Positions 1 through 10,664 of a stretch of 20,000 bases of DNA are shown one piece after another. Numbering within the stretch: the stretch's first letter is position 1; every line of letters starts with the position of its first letter. The stretch is from the NCBI GenBank assembly GCA_910592345.1, contig CAJVPI010000047.1:48459-68458 (forward strand), read 5' to 3'. This DNA is from Paraglomus brasilianum (lineage: Eukaryota). Made by a program: the position numbers and the translations under genes. The notes beneath the pieces were generated by a model, which was not told the DNA's origin, did not search any database, and saw nothing but the letters and a program-made list of their open reading frames with translations.

Positions 1-30
1 GCTCTTGACTAAAATATTCGTAAAACTTAC

Positions 31-3000
31 GCTAGATTTTGTCGGCTGAGGCGGTGCTTGATCAGCAACCTTCTCAAACTCGGCATCGATTGTGGCTAAT
101 TGTGTTGGATTTAAATCCTGAATAAAAGTTCGAACACCTAAAGATACAACAACAAAAGTTAGAGAATTTCGACTTGACAAAAAAACATTGACAATTGCGC
201 TTCTCACCAGGGCCAACATAAATTCGTAGAGCACCCAAAACTGTCACAGAATTTGCACGAACAGCCGCATTTGTGTTGCTGAGAGTAAATTTAAGAAAAT
301 CAATCAGGTCGCGGACTTGCAAACCGGCAATACCGAATTCCATGATTGCACTATGAATCCACGTGAGACCGTCTGCTATCGTCTTAGGTGACTTTGCCTT
401 TCGTAATGGCTCATACGCTACAATATTATCGATAATTTAAATACCAGAGAATTTTTTTCATTCAGAGGGGAGCGACTGCAATACCTTGTGCAAGTACAAA
501 TTGAATTGATGTTTTCTCGGCAAAGCTGGTTAGACATTCACCAGCTGGTTTCTTGAGTTTGATATCACCAAGTTTTTCAGCCAATACTTTCAGAAAACAA
601 ATAATTAATATATAAACTTGAATAAATAATACATTAATTTATGTACAAATATCTTACTGGGAATTGCAAGAGAAGCTGCTGGTTTAGAAAACGAGGTTGA
701 TTTATCCGAAAACATTTGCATTACGCCAAAGGCCTCAGTCATGACCTTGTGATTTGACAACACAGTATATGAGCAACCCATTGGATCATAAGGCAAAACG
801 CACCAAGACTTACCTGATAATTGCTTTCTTTCCAACCAGGCTTTTTTCTCAAGAAACGAACAACCAACTCGGGATCAACTTCTGCGGGATCCATTGAATC
901 CAAAGTCTGGCGTAATGATGTGATTGCTGAAAAAATCCACCTCAATATCAGAATAAGTTTAATAGTAATATTTATTTCAGAATCTGAAAAAGTACCTGCT
1001 AATCTAATCTTCCATTGTTTGTCGCTTATTCCGTCAGTTTCGCTAGAAGGTACAATTTCGCCAAACGTCGCCTCAACATCTTCATCAGAGTATTTGTATT
1101 TAACAGGCTCTTCTTCTTTTGCCTTACCACCTTTTTTCGGAGGTGGTGGCGCAGCAGCAGCAGCCGGCTTTGCAGTTTTCACGGATTTCTTTGGCGGACC
1201 CGATGGTGCTGATTTGGTAGGTGCTGATGCAGCCTCGGCTTTCTTTTTTGGAGGGCCATTCTGTAATGTAGAATGCATAAGCTTTATACGATCTATAAGA
1301 CATTGAACTTTATAATAGTACTTACAGGCGATTTGGTCGTCTTTGGCTTGGGTTTTTCTGCAGCGGCTGGTGCAGGAGTGGGTCGTTTGACAGTAGTTGC
1401 TTTGACCTTAACTTCAGCTTTTTCGCAAAATTCCTTTGCTTTTCCTTTTTTTATCTCATCAAGCCCCTCCAGAAATGGTATCATTGCTTTGTCTCCGACA
1501 ATTTTCATCATAGTTCCTAAACCTTCCATTGCGGCAACACGAACCGGCTCCGCGCTGTCCTCGCAGGCTTTCACCATCATTTCAGAAAGAGCTTTGGTTT
1601 CGGTTTTATTTGGGGCAACTTTTGTAATCTTCAGACACCGTACAAGCCATTTAATTGATTCTGATTTTACTTGGGGATTCTTGTGTTTACCCGCAGCTAC
1701 TATTTCCTCCACAACGTCAGATAGCGTGACCTTAAATGAAGCAAATACTTTATATGAACTGAAGACTAAACAGCAATTAAATTTTCTGCGCGTGTGCGAA
1801 ACTTACGGTCACGAAGACTGCGTCAAGTGCCTTCGCTAGTGTATCGGATACATTTTTTTTTTTCTCTTTCAATTTTTCTACGATAGGCCCTACGACCTGA
1901 GACGAAGCCGTCATTAACGTATACTGATACTATTTACAACCATATGCATTCGGAAACTTACTATTGATTTGTATTTAGCAAACTCATTGCGTAAGCCTTT
2001 TGCCAAAATCTCTATTATATTTGCTGCAAGTGATACCACGATAATATTGGAATCGCTCATTCTCTATTGAAACGCAATAATTAGTAAGGTCAAATCTTGA
2101 AGATAATGCTATTTATATTTGTATCTCTCTTGGTTTGTCGACATACCTTTGCAAGAGCAGTAACGAGGTCCGAGAAGTTACCATCAGCTATTCTAGGAGT
2201 ATTGCATATTTCAAGCAGACCATCCAGTGCCTCCTTCCGTTCTTTCCATTTTGTAGAGCCCTAAATTGTTATCAAGTTCAAATCAAAACTGTTACGTATA
2301 ATTAAACCTTCCAAGACACAACTTACCAATTTTGTGTAAAAGTCTTTGGCCATTTTCCCCAAAACATCGACAGGTTCGGCCAAATCAAATGCATCAATTT
2401 CCTTTTCCTCTTCAGCTTCTTCCTCTTGCGCTAGAAATCATATTATTGGTTAATCGAAATTGTCGAAAATTAAGGCGCCAAATTAGGTTGGTAGCAACGA
2501 ACCTTCAGCTTCTGCCTCGGCCGCGGCCGCAGCTTGTGACCTAAGTAATCGTAGTTGTTTGGGCTTTTCGGGAGGTAACTTCTCAAAGGCCTCATTCAAT
2601 TCTTTAACCTATTGTCGGTTCTTCTTTTAGTTATATCGAAATTAAATCCGTAAGCAGTTAAGCGCATAAGTACCTGCACAGGCTTTAACTCTTGTAAGTG
2701 TGGATTGATTGCTTGGCCCAACCATTTATACAATTCTATCACAAGTTGTGTTCCCTGAAGAGAATGCAATATGAGAATATATTCTATGCTTGGTTTTTAA
2801 TAATCCGAAAATACATTAAACCTACCTCCGTCCTCACGGCTTTATCTGTATGACCGAATATTTTCGGAAGAGTCTTTAGTATTGGTTTGACGTTGACAGT
2901 CTTTGCTCCATAGTTGCTTTCATAATACGCTTTGATCAGATCGTTTGGTAGAAAAAAACTACGACACATTGCAAAAGCGAAACAAATGTAAGACTGAAAC

Positions 3001-3769
3001 ACACCTTATTATTTCCTTTAAGGCGGATACAGTAGTAGCGACTAGTTTCGGTTGTTTGGCATTTAAGCCGTTTATTACATCTTCCTGCAAGCAATACATG
3101 ATGAATTACTCACTTGTCTGAAAGAGAATGATAACGAAATAAGCGACACAACATACCACAACAGGATCGGGAACATCAACTTCTATAAACATTAATATTA
3201 CGTTGACAGCTTTTCTTTTTGTGCCTGCACGAGCCGAACCAAAGCCTTTTTCCACAACAGCAGGCACCACAGAACTTCTTGCTCTGCAATAGTCAATTGA
3301 CGACAAACATGAACAGATAAACTTGTTAATGTAATAAATACCGAACACACAAAATACTAATAGACGCTTCTTTCGTATAATGTTAATAATGTGTTATGCG
3401 ATGAGACGCGACCCGTGTATTGGAATGCCAGAGGGACTGTACCTTGTAGGATTTGGGGCATTTTGGACAAAAGCCAGCAACGCGGTTAAGCCAGTTTCTT
3501 GTGCTACGGCGTTCGCGTCTGTTGCAATGTTTTTCAGAACACCTTCGTATGTCTTGAAATCGTTCTCGGCTTCACTCGTTTCCCAGAGTTTGGTTAATTC
3601 TTCGTATGCACTAACCCGAGCCTTCCATACCTAACAATCGGCGAATGTGATTAAACAAGCGAAGCAATTCAAACATCCGTGGCTTTTCTAAACAAGAAGG
3701 AACACCAACTTTATGTTTGACACGCTCAGTAAGCGGCAGGGCGGAGAAGTCTTCCTCCGGTGTTGCCAT
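31..3769 (-). CDS. STU2: XMAP215/Dis1/Stu2/Alp14-family TOG-domain microtubule polymerase, 5' part (continues beyond left edge)
   Basis: Hand-spliced GT-AG exons: 3710-3769, 3443-3630, 3157-3283, 3005-3084, 2826-2916, 2674-2754, 2503-2608, 2327-2430, 2147-2260, 1962-2063, 1807-1896, 1326-1730, 996-1260, 814-926, 658-745, 485-586, 208-417, 31-137. Total 2433 nt = 811 codons, all phases consistent, introns 65-159 nt. Protein starts MATPEEDFSALPLTERVKHKVWKARVSAYEEL and has TOG motifs DANAVAQE, KWKERKEAL, EKLKEKK, HKNPQVK, QWKIRLA, GWKESNYQV, EKLGDIKLK, plus a Pro/Ala/Lys-rich linker between TOG2 and TOG3. Confidence 0.95.
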
Positions 3770-3789
3770 ATTGAAAATTTTCACTTGTA

Positions 3790-3798
3790 GGCGCGAAA
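3790..3798 (-). promoter_or_regulatory. Candidate E2F/SBF-type cell-cycle element (TTTCGCGCC; CGCGAAA on the other strand)
   Basis: GGCGCGAAA on the plus strand, about 20 nt upstream of the TOG-gene ATG. Matches the E2F consensus and the SCB core. Single short motif, function not shown. Confidence 0.35.
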
Positions 3799-4151
3799 TC
3801 AATACAAACGATAATAATATTCGCTGTTTTTTAATGCAAGGGTCGACAAGTGAGGCAGTTTGTGTTACATAATGACATGCATCTGTGCGTCACATTCTGA
3901 GCCACAAATCATCTGATCTGCTACGACATTTGGGAGTGACAGTATTCTCTTGCTTGCAGGCCGTACGCTTACAGGAAGACGAAAGACGATTTGAAGCATT
4001 TTACAGAAGTCCCAATCCGGGAAGCTGCAGATGTCACACTGTCTGTAAAAAAAAGTCCAAACTGCGACGAGTATGAGGAAGCTGTTCAGACGGATATCTC
4101 GTCTATTGGGTCTTTGAATCAAACCTGTCAAAATTCGATAATTTACGTAAC

Positions 4152-4543
4152 TCGCCATTTTATGTCAACATCCTGCAAACCTGCACGGAACATGTACGGT
4201 AATAACTGGTGTTTGTAACAGATAAATGACCCAAGCACAAAAGAATTTATTGCCCGAATAGGATTAAGGCAATTGACTGGCCGACGAATAGTCCCGACCT
4301 GAGAACTTGTGGCAAAATATCGAACATTTGAAGCAATTTTTAACTGAGGAATTGGAAGCAAGCCCTACTGAAACAGTAATTAATTTAGTCGGTCTATGTG
4401 AGCTAGTCATAAAGAAATGGTGACAGAATTCCCTACTAAAAATTTTTTACGTATCTTTTAGGGCTTTTTACAGTGAGAACGGATTACCGTATTACTGAAC
4501 TAACGTTGTACAACATTTAACTAGGTTTTATACTCACGATCTG
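4152..4543 (+). mobile_element. Degenerate Tc1-family transposon, 3' end (DDE transposase C-terminal remnant plus probable right terminus)
   Basis: Frameshifted peptides SPFYVNILQT, MYGNNWCL*QINDP (cf. FQQDNDPKH), IDWPTNSPDL at 4272-4301 followed by ENLW (cf. WPxxSPDLNPIENLW), LKQFLTEE, CELVIKK, GDRIPY* (stop 4437-4439). Ends in ...CACGATCTG followed by TA at 4544-4545. Confidence 0.8.
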
Positions 4544-5163
4544 TATATTATCGGTCTGTATACGCTGGCTGTCCCTGGATTATTGTGTAACCTCGAGTAT
4601 CTCTACGATTTCTTGGATGGGATTAATCTCAAAGCCTATCGAAACGGGAATTTATCTTATCTAAAACTACTAGTAATAATTAAACAATAATCCTGAATGC
4701 AAAAGTACTAAATAGAATTAATTGGCAAGGATTAATTCTATTCACCGCTGACGGGGAAGGCGTTTTTAACACTTCGCAAGTATCATTTATCAGGGAATAA
4801 ACGAATTAATTATATTTGAATCGGATTTTTATTAGAATAAAGAGAACTATTCTATTAGCAACGTCTTGCTGAAGATATGACTTGAATGATGTGATCGGAA
4901 CGATGATTTTTAGCTACGACTCGTATTTATAGTTTCACTAAATTGTCATTGGATTGTTCAGAAAATTGGATATAACGGGACAATCTAATTTTAGTTGTCC
5001 AGATTTAACGGAATAGTTTGTGCGTCTGTCCAGATTTTTAGCTCGATCTGGTAGACAACTGTGCTATGTTGCGGAATCCGTGTGACGGAGCGGAAATCAC
5101 TGAGTATGAGGAATATGTCGTACTTTAGGCCTCGATCCTGACACAGACATAATAATAATAAAC

Positions 5164-6290
5164 ATGACTTCTATAATCTTTGAGGATAAACCAGAAAAAA
5201 ATGTTCTATATGATGCTTGTTTCAAAGCATGTGAAAATGCAGCCACTGAACAAGGAGAAAAAGATAAACAAAAGGCAGTTGAATTGTATCAAAAAGCAGT
5301 TGAACAAGGAAATGCCAGTGCACAATATAATCTTGGTTGGTGTTATCAGTATGGAACTGGAGTAGAAAAAGATGAACAAAAGGCAGTTGAATGGTATCAA
5401 AAAGCAGCCAATCAAGGAAATGCCAGTGCACAAAATAATCTTGGCTGGTGTTATCAATATGGAACTGGAGTAGAAAAGATGAACAAAAGGCAGTTGAATG
5501 GTATCAAAAAGCAGCTGAACAAGGAAATGCTACTGCACAAAATAATCTTGGTATGTGTTATGAGTATGGAGCTGGAGTAGAAAAAGATAAACAAATACAA
5601 AAGGCAGTTGAATTGCATCAAGTACAAAAAGCAGCTGAATGTGCTGCAAAATGTAATCTTGGTATGTGTTATCAGTATGGAACTGGAGTGAGAAAAGATG
5701 AACAAAAAGCAGTTGAGTGGTATCAGGAATTAGCTGAACAAGGTGTTGCTGATGCACAATTCAAGCTTGGTTATTTATATAGAACAAGTATTAGCATGAA
5801 AGCAGATTATCAGAAAGCTTTTGAATTATATCAAAAAGCAGCTATGCAAGGAAACTCTGCTGCACAAAACAATCTTGGTTTGTCTTATGAAAAAGGAATT
5901 GGTGTAGATAAAAATGTTCAAAAAGCAGTTGAATTGTATCAAAAAGCAGTTGAGCAAGAAAATGTTTCTGCATACACTAGCCTTGGTTTATGTTACAAAA
6001 ATGGAATTGGAGTAGAAAGAGATATTCAAAAGGCTATTGAATTGTTCCAAAAAGCATCTAATCAAAAACATGCATATGGACAATATAATCTTGGTTGGTG
6101 TTATGAGGAGGGAGTTGGAGTAAAACAAGATGAAAAGAAAGCTATTGAATTATATGAAAAAGCTGCTGAGCAAGGGTACATTAAGGCACAAAATAAGGTT
6201 TATTTTTTTAAATATAATAGTAAATCTGAACTGAAAAGGAAGATTCAAGAATTAGCCAAAATTTATCCAGCCCAAAAAGGAACAAATTGA
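5164..6290 (+). pseudogene. Intronless Sel1-like repeat (SLR/TPR-like) protein gene, ~375 aa, split by a 1-nt deletion (pseudogene or sequencing error)
   Basis: ORFs 5164-5580 and 5448-6290 join at a frameshift: GTAGAAAAGAT (A4, 5474-5477) versus GTAGAAAAAGAT (A5) in neighbouring repeat copies. The joined protein has 8 full and 1 partial 36-aa Sel1 repeats of type AQxNLGxCYxxGxGVEKDxxKAVEWYQKAAEQG. Confidence 0.9.
5250..5745 (+). repeat. 108-bp tandem coding repeat (near-identical Sel1 units)
   Basis: GGA(A/G)CTGGAGTAGAAAA recurs at 5353, 5461 and 5568 (spacing 108 and 107), with a further copy near 5679. DNA identity between copies is high. Confidence 0.85.
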
Positions 6291-6711
6291 TCTTAGAATA
6301 AGAAGCAAGTGGTTTTTTTTATAGTTGGTAAACTGTAGCCATGATAATGAAGGCCCCTGAGTTACTTGCAAGCTTGATAATTTGTGTAATTTATTGATAA
6401 TGTTAAACTGGTAATAATTATATAATAATAATGAATACAAATAAATCACATGTTACAGTAATGCAAGAAAATCTGTCATTTAAATTGTCAAAATTGTTAG
6501 AACTAGTTAATTCCATCAAAGGCCATAGGACAGTGACTTACAAAACCAACTCTATGTTTACAACTATTGAATTTAAGCCTTATAACTTATTCAACCAATT
6601 TTCATGATATTTTAACTAAAGATAACTCATTTTCTGGTATGTTTTATAAACTGTCATATAATATATCAATATTCTTTCACTATTACTATTTGCAATAGTT
6701 AATGCTCACTA

Positions 6712-6790
6712 CAGTCAAACCTCGTTATATCGATATTTGTTCCGCCAAAATTTATCGGTGGAGCATATATCGTAGTCGGTAGATCGTTTT
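6712..6790 (+). mobile_element. Orphan pogo/Tigger-like terminal inverted repeat
   Basis: TA followed by CAGTCAAACCTCG (13 nt identical to the TIR at 8516), then TATCG-type subterminal motifs. No dedicated partner end seen. Confidence 0.55.
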
Positions 6791-6880
6791 TTTTCTTTTT
6801 CACTAATAATATATGAGAATATCACTGTTACTGTTGATCTCCTTAATATTAAGCAAAAGACAAAACACTTTGTTACTCTT

Positions 6881-7845
6881 TTAGGGGTCGAGATGTTCGA
6901 TCGTTATAAATCTAGATACCATATTCAGTCTTATATAAAATCGTCCATTGATAGTTTTATTCGTAATTTGTTGGTTTATCTGCGTAAATAATAAAGCTTG
7001 AAAATTTCGTTTAACACCCTAATAAGCCTCTTCAATCTCAGGGTAAGTCTCATGACTCCTAGAAAACGAAACCGTGTCAATTTGGGGTTGGAAAAATTGC
7101 AACAGACAGAAGATTTACTTTTTTAGGGCATAGCTGGTTTAAATGCGTGCACAATCGAATCTTTTATGCCTTTTTATTAATAAATTTATTATAGGCATTG
7201 TTCCCTCAAACCTAGAGCGTATTTGATCGGGTAGATTCGGTAAAGGTTCAAACGACGTATTGTATTTCCAAATGAGTGTTTCTTTAATTTCAATATCCCC
7301 GTTTTCCTCAAAGACGCTTTTCAATCCTAATGTTTGAGACTAAAAGAGCTGTGGTGGTTTTTAATAGCCCTATTTAAGAAGTCTAAAACAAAGCCAATTT
7401 AGTTAGCTTAATAGTTAGTTAACCCCATGGCCAATTATGCAGTGTATTTACATTGACTCCGAGGAGAATTTCGTTGTTTATGAAGTGCGGTCTACAGTGG
7501 ACCAGTCCTTCCATAGATATAACAATACAGTTGACACTATTTATATCGAACTGCCCGGCTGAAGATTTTCGTTCGTTATAACCCGAGTTCGCTATTACCA
7601 GAGATTCGTTATATCCAGAGTTATTAATTATAAAAAATCGGATCTGACAATTTTGGTCCGTTATATCCAGAGTTAGGTTTGGTACAGTGTCAACTGTATG
7701 CGTCAACGAGCGCAATTTGATCGGCCGGAACCCATCTGGGTAGACATCGAAATCATAGCGGGCGTTTCTGGATTTCCCTATTTTTCCGCTTTCACAAGTA
7801 GGATTTGATGGATTGATTTCTGAAATTTGATGTCTATGGGTACGC
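6881..7845 (-). pseudogene. Probable spliced pseudogene of unknown family, interrupted by a MITE
   Basis: Putative exon 7424-7845 stays open with or without the MITE (...ARYDFDVYPDGFRPIKLRSLTHIVISMEGLVHCRPHFINNEILLGVNVNTLHNWPW). A GT-AG intron at 7327-7423 joins it in phase to exon 6881-7326 (LKSVFEENGDIEIKETLIWKYNTSFEPLPNLPDQIRSRF...), which has in-frame stops at 7139, 7115 and 7019 and needs no frameshift. Confidence 0.4.
7528..7696. mobile_element. 169-bp MITE, Tc1/mariner-pogo superfamily
   Basis: Perfect 11-bp TIRs CAGTTGACACT / AGTGTCAACTG, TA duplication at 7526-7527 and 7697-7698, and four internal CGTTATATCCAGAG-like repeats. Confidence 0.9.
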
Positions 7846-8337
7846 CTATTTATAATGATAAAAGTAAAGTTATTAAACAGTAGTATGCAAATATGTAATA
7901 ATTGCAATAATATATGCCAGCAGTTGTTATCGTTACAACGGATAACAATATGCGTACTTAATAACAAGTAAGCGACGAAACTGCAAGCACTACTAATATT
8001 AAATTTAAGTTTACAACAAAAGCTCAACAACGCTTGATGGCTTACGTCGAGTGCAACTGATGCCAAACTGGCTCGGAACACAAACAGCTATATCGCAGAC
8101 TCGGCCAGGTATTTTCTACGCCAAATCGAGATCTGTTCTTTACAGTAATTCGGCCCTGTTTATGAGACAGTTAGTGAATGTCTACAGTTTGTAGAAAATC
8201 GTAAAAATAACCGCGTCCAACCTTGCGAAATCCACGGGTTAAGACGTTTTTTATCCTATCGGGGCAATCAAAGTAATGTTATTATTATTATTATCATCTA
8301 CAAAGTGAATTTAGTTCGTTAATAACTTACAAAGACA

Positions 8338-9433
8338 TCATACCTGATCGAAGGGTAGTATCCCTTTATGTGAACAAATGTTATTGAGATCTTCCTGACA
8401 AACGTAGATGTTGTCAGGAACTACGACGCCTGAAATCGAGTATTGCGGTTTACGTTCTCTTTTTCTTTTTGATGTAAATTTAGTGGCCAACCACTTGTCC
8501 CGTTTATTCCATATACAGTCAAACCTCGATATAGTCAAGTCTCGATACAGTGCGCGCTATAGTAAAGAATTCCTCTGACACAAAAACAGTATTATTAAAT
8601 TTTCCCTCGATATAGTGAAGTTATATAGTAAGTCTCGTTAATCAAGTTTTTTCTCAAACAATATTAGTAGATTGCGTCTCGATATAGTAAAGATTGTACC
8701 ACCTGATGGGTTTTGACCAATCATAATACAAACACGTGTTGATTAAAATTTAAGAGAGAGAGCATGAAGCTGAAACAGAGACGCTACAAAAAAAAGCCAA
8801 TTCAGAGAGAAGAAGTTTATCCGGTGTCCAGAAAGCTGAAATATGTCGTTTAAAAGAGCGAGGTGTTAGCCAAGTTACAATAGCTCGATATTTCCGAGGC
8901 AGCCGTTTCAAAGATTGTGCGTGATAAGGTAAGATGGTTGTCACTTGATCTTAATACTAATAAGGCTATCATGAAGCGACAAAGAACTGGAAAGCATCCT
9001 CAGTTAGAAGAGGCTGTTTGTTCACAAACATTGACTAATTAATATGAGAATTAATAAATTATGAAACCTTAAGATGTTACTACATAATTGAACGGTATGA
9101 CACTTGCTACGTTAAACAACTCAGTATCAGTACATTCATATAAATCGTTCAGCAGTATTAGATTCGTCAGTAGAAATAACGTTTGAGTAGTTTGCTATAA
9201 GATTTGCAGTCGCAATATAGGATTTATGCCACTTATATATAAACTTTACTATATCAAAAATTCTCGGTATAGTGAAGTTTCGATATAGTAAAGAAAAATC
9301 CCCGTCCCGTCGACTTGACTATATCGATGTTTGACTGTATATGATGCTGTGTTTTGCTTAATTCCGGGCTTTTGAGAAAGTAAAGTATAGATCTCTTTCT
9401 TCTGCGCATGAGTTAATATAACTACAGTTACGG
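8338..9433 (-). mobile_element. Older pogo/CENP-B-type transposase N-terminal HTH relic, split by the 8516-9337 insertion
   Basis: Removing 8516-9339 restores an in-frame peptide VILTHAQKKEIYTLLSQKPGIKQNTASYIWNKRDKWLATKFTSKRKRERKPQYS, which resembles the CENP-B N-terminal HTH and linker of pogo transposases. Confidence 0.7.
8516..9337 (+). mobile_element. Non-autonomous, internally deleted pogo/Tigger-like DNA transposon (822 bp)
   Basis: 26-bp TIRs CAGTCAAAC(C/A)TCGATATAGTCAAGTC with 1 mismatch, TA duplication at 8514-8515 and 9338-9339, and repeated subterminal TCGATATAGT motifs. Frameshifted HTH remnant at ~8808-9020: RRSLSGVQKAEICRLKERGVSQVTIARYF / SEAAVSKIVRDKVRWLSLD...KRQRTGKHPQLEEAV. 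No DDE domain. Confidence 0.92.
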
Positions 9434-10568
9434 ATTAAATTATAACAGGTGGATATTTAATCAATAGCTATTGCAGCGTGCCGAGCGCAATCTCACCTTT
9501 CATCTCTAACCAGCTTCTGGGACAGATTCTTCACGAATGGCTAAGTAATCACCAATCGATCCCTCAAACTCTTTCCACGTCCACCAATGTCCCATTGGAT
9601 CTGATCACTCAGCAAACCGTCAGGGAAGACCCACTCGTCAGACCCGTGCCAGGATCTCTTCACCGCAGGCGAGCATTGGGAACAACGAAGAGTAGGAGGG
9701 GCGTCATTGGTAACTTATCCAAATTCGCACCCGTCCAATAGTAGAGACAAAAGTAGAACCACCTGGTAAACCAGTTTAGAAAGCAATAGCTTGTGTTAGT
9801 TAACGATTCATTGTCCCGCCTATTTGAATGGACATCTAATTTATCTTCATATAATCCAACTATTTCTTTACGTCTTCCACTACTTCTTGCACAAGGGAAC
9901 AGAGAATTACTATCATATGATGGATGGTAGTGGTTTCTTTTCTGAGTTTTGGTCGGCTCTTATGTTTCAATATCCAATAAACGAGTAGTTTTTTAATATT
10001 TTGGTAAAGCACGAATTACTAATCCTTCTATCGATTAAGGATATTAATATTTGATACTAAAAACCTATTAATAAAAACTCAGATTGTGCGAAAGAAAACT
10101 TTTCATTTGGATGGCCAATAACAATTAAACGAACCTACGCCATAATCGCCACTGTTACAAAAATCTTGATCGATTGAGAGAAAGTATCAAAGTTTTATTG
10201 TATCCTCATTATCGTGACTATTCATCGAAACAAGACAAAAATTGAGCATGATTTATTCCCCGTCATTGAACACAGAATTATTTCCAAATGCTCAAAAAAA
10301 GGTAAACTTGTCCGCAAATTTTCGGTAAATTCTGGATAAGCATTTTGCATTGAGCAGTGTAAAACAATTAGCTCGTTCAAACCAACATTAAAACATCTAT
10401 CGAATCAAAGTTTTAAATAATTGTTTTGCGTTAGTCAATCGGTTGAGCAAAGTCATACTCGAGTAAAAAATAAATTTTCGCATAGTTGTTCTGTTCCTAA
10501 GTAAGCTTATTTTCTCTCTGGATTTGTTGCTCAAAACCAATGAAATAAAATCTTTGGTCAGTTCGTAT

Positions 10569-10664
10569 CTGGGTTCGGAACCGAGACAACTGAGTTCTGG
10601 ACCGAGCGACTGGGTTCTGAACTGAGACAGGTTTCAAACTCAGACACAACATCCATAATAGTGA
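10569..10664. repeat. Three to four degenerate ~20-bp direct repeats, possibly a transposon subterminal region
   Basis: CTGGGTTCGGAACCGAGACAA, CTGAGTTCTGGACCGAGCGA, CTGGGTTCTGAACTGAGACA, then ...ATAATAGTG (reverse complement begins CACTA). Confidence 0.45.

Noticed and set aside
821..1839. Plus-strand ORFs of 161 and 188 aa
   Set aside because: Antisense shadows of the TOG-gene exons.
3940..4130. EVPIREAA / CRCHTVCKK fragments resembling a Cys-rich integrase-like C-terminus
   Set aside because: Too short and frameshifted to assign without a search.
4960..5063. TGGATATAACGG and GACAACTG motifs resembling the 7528 MITE
   Set aside because: No paired TIRs or target duplication; at most a very old fragment.
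5180..5757. Multiple overlapping ORFs on both strands, and a possible CRISPR-like periodicity
   Set aside because: By-products of the 108-bp coding repeat; there is no repeat-spacer structure.
6300..6700. Possible kinase-domain continuation downstream of the Sel1 gene
   Set aside because: No recognisable kinase catalytic motifs and no consistent splice path.
8392..8420. 10-bp stem hairpin TTCCTGACAA / TTGTCAGGAA
   Set aside because: Isolated, inside a transposon relic, with no supporting context.
9478..9960. GC-richer segment with an 87-aa ORF and a GSDH peptide suggestive of a LINE endonuclease
   Set aside because: Only a 3-4 residue motif; no other endonuclease or reverse-transcriptase motifs seen.
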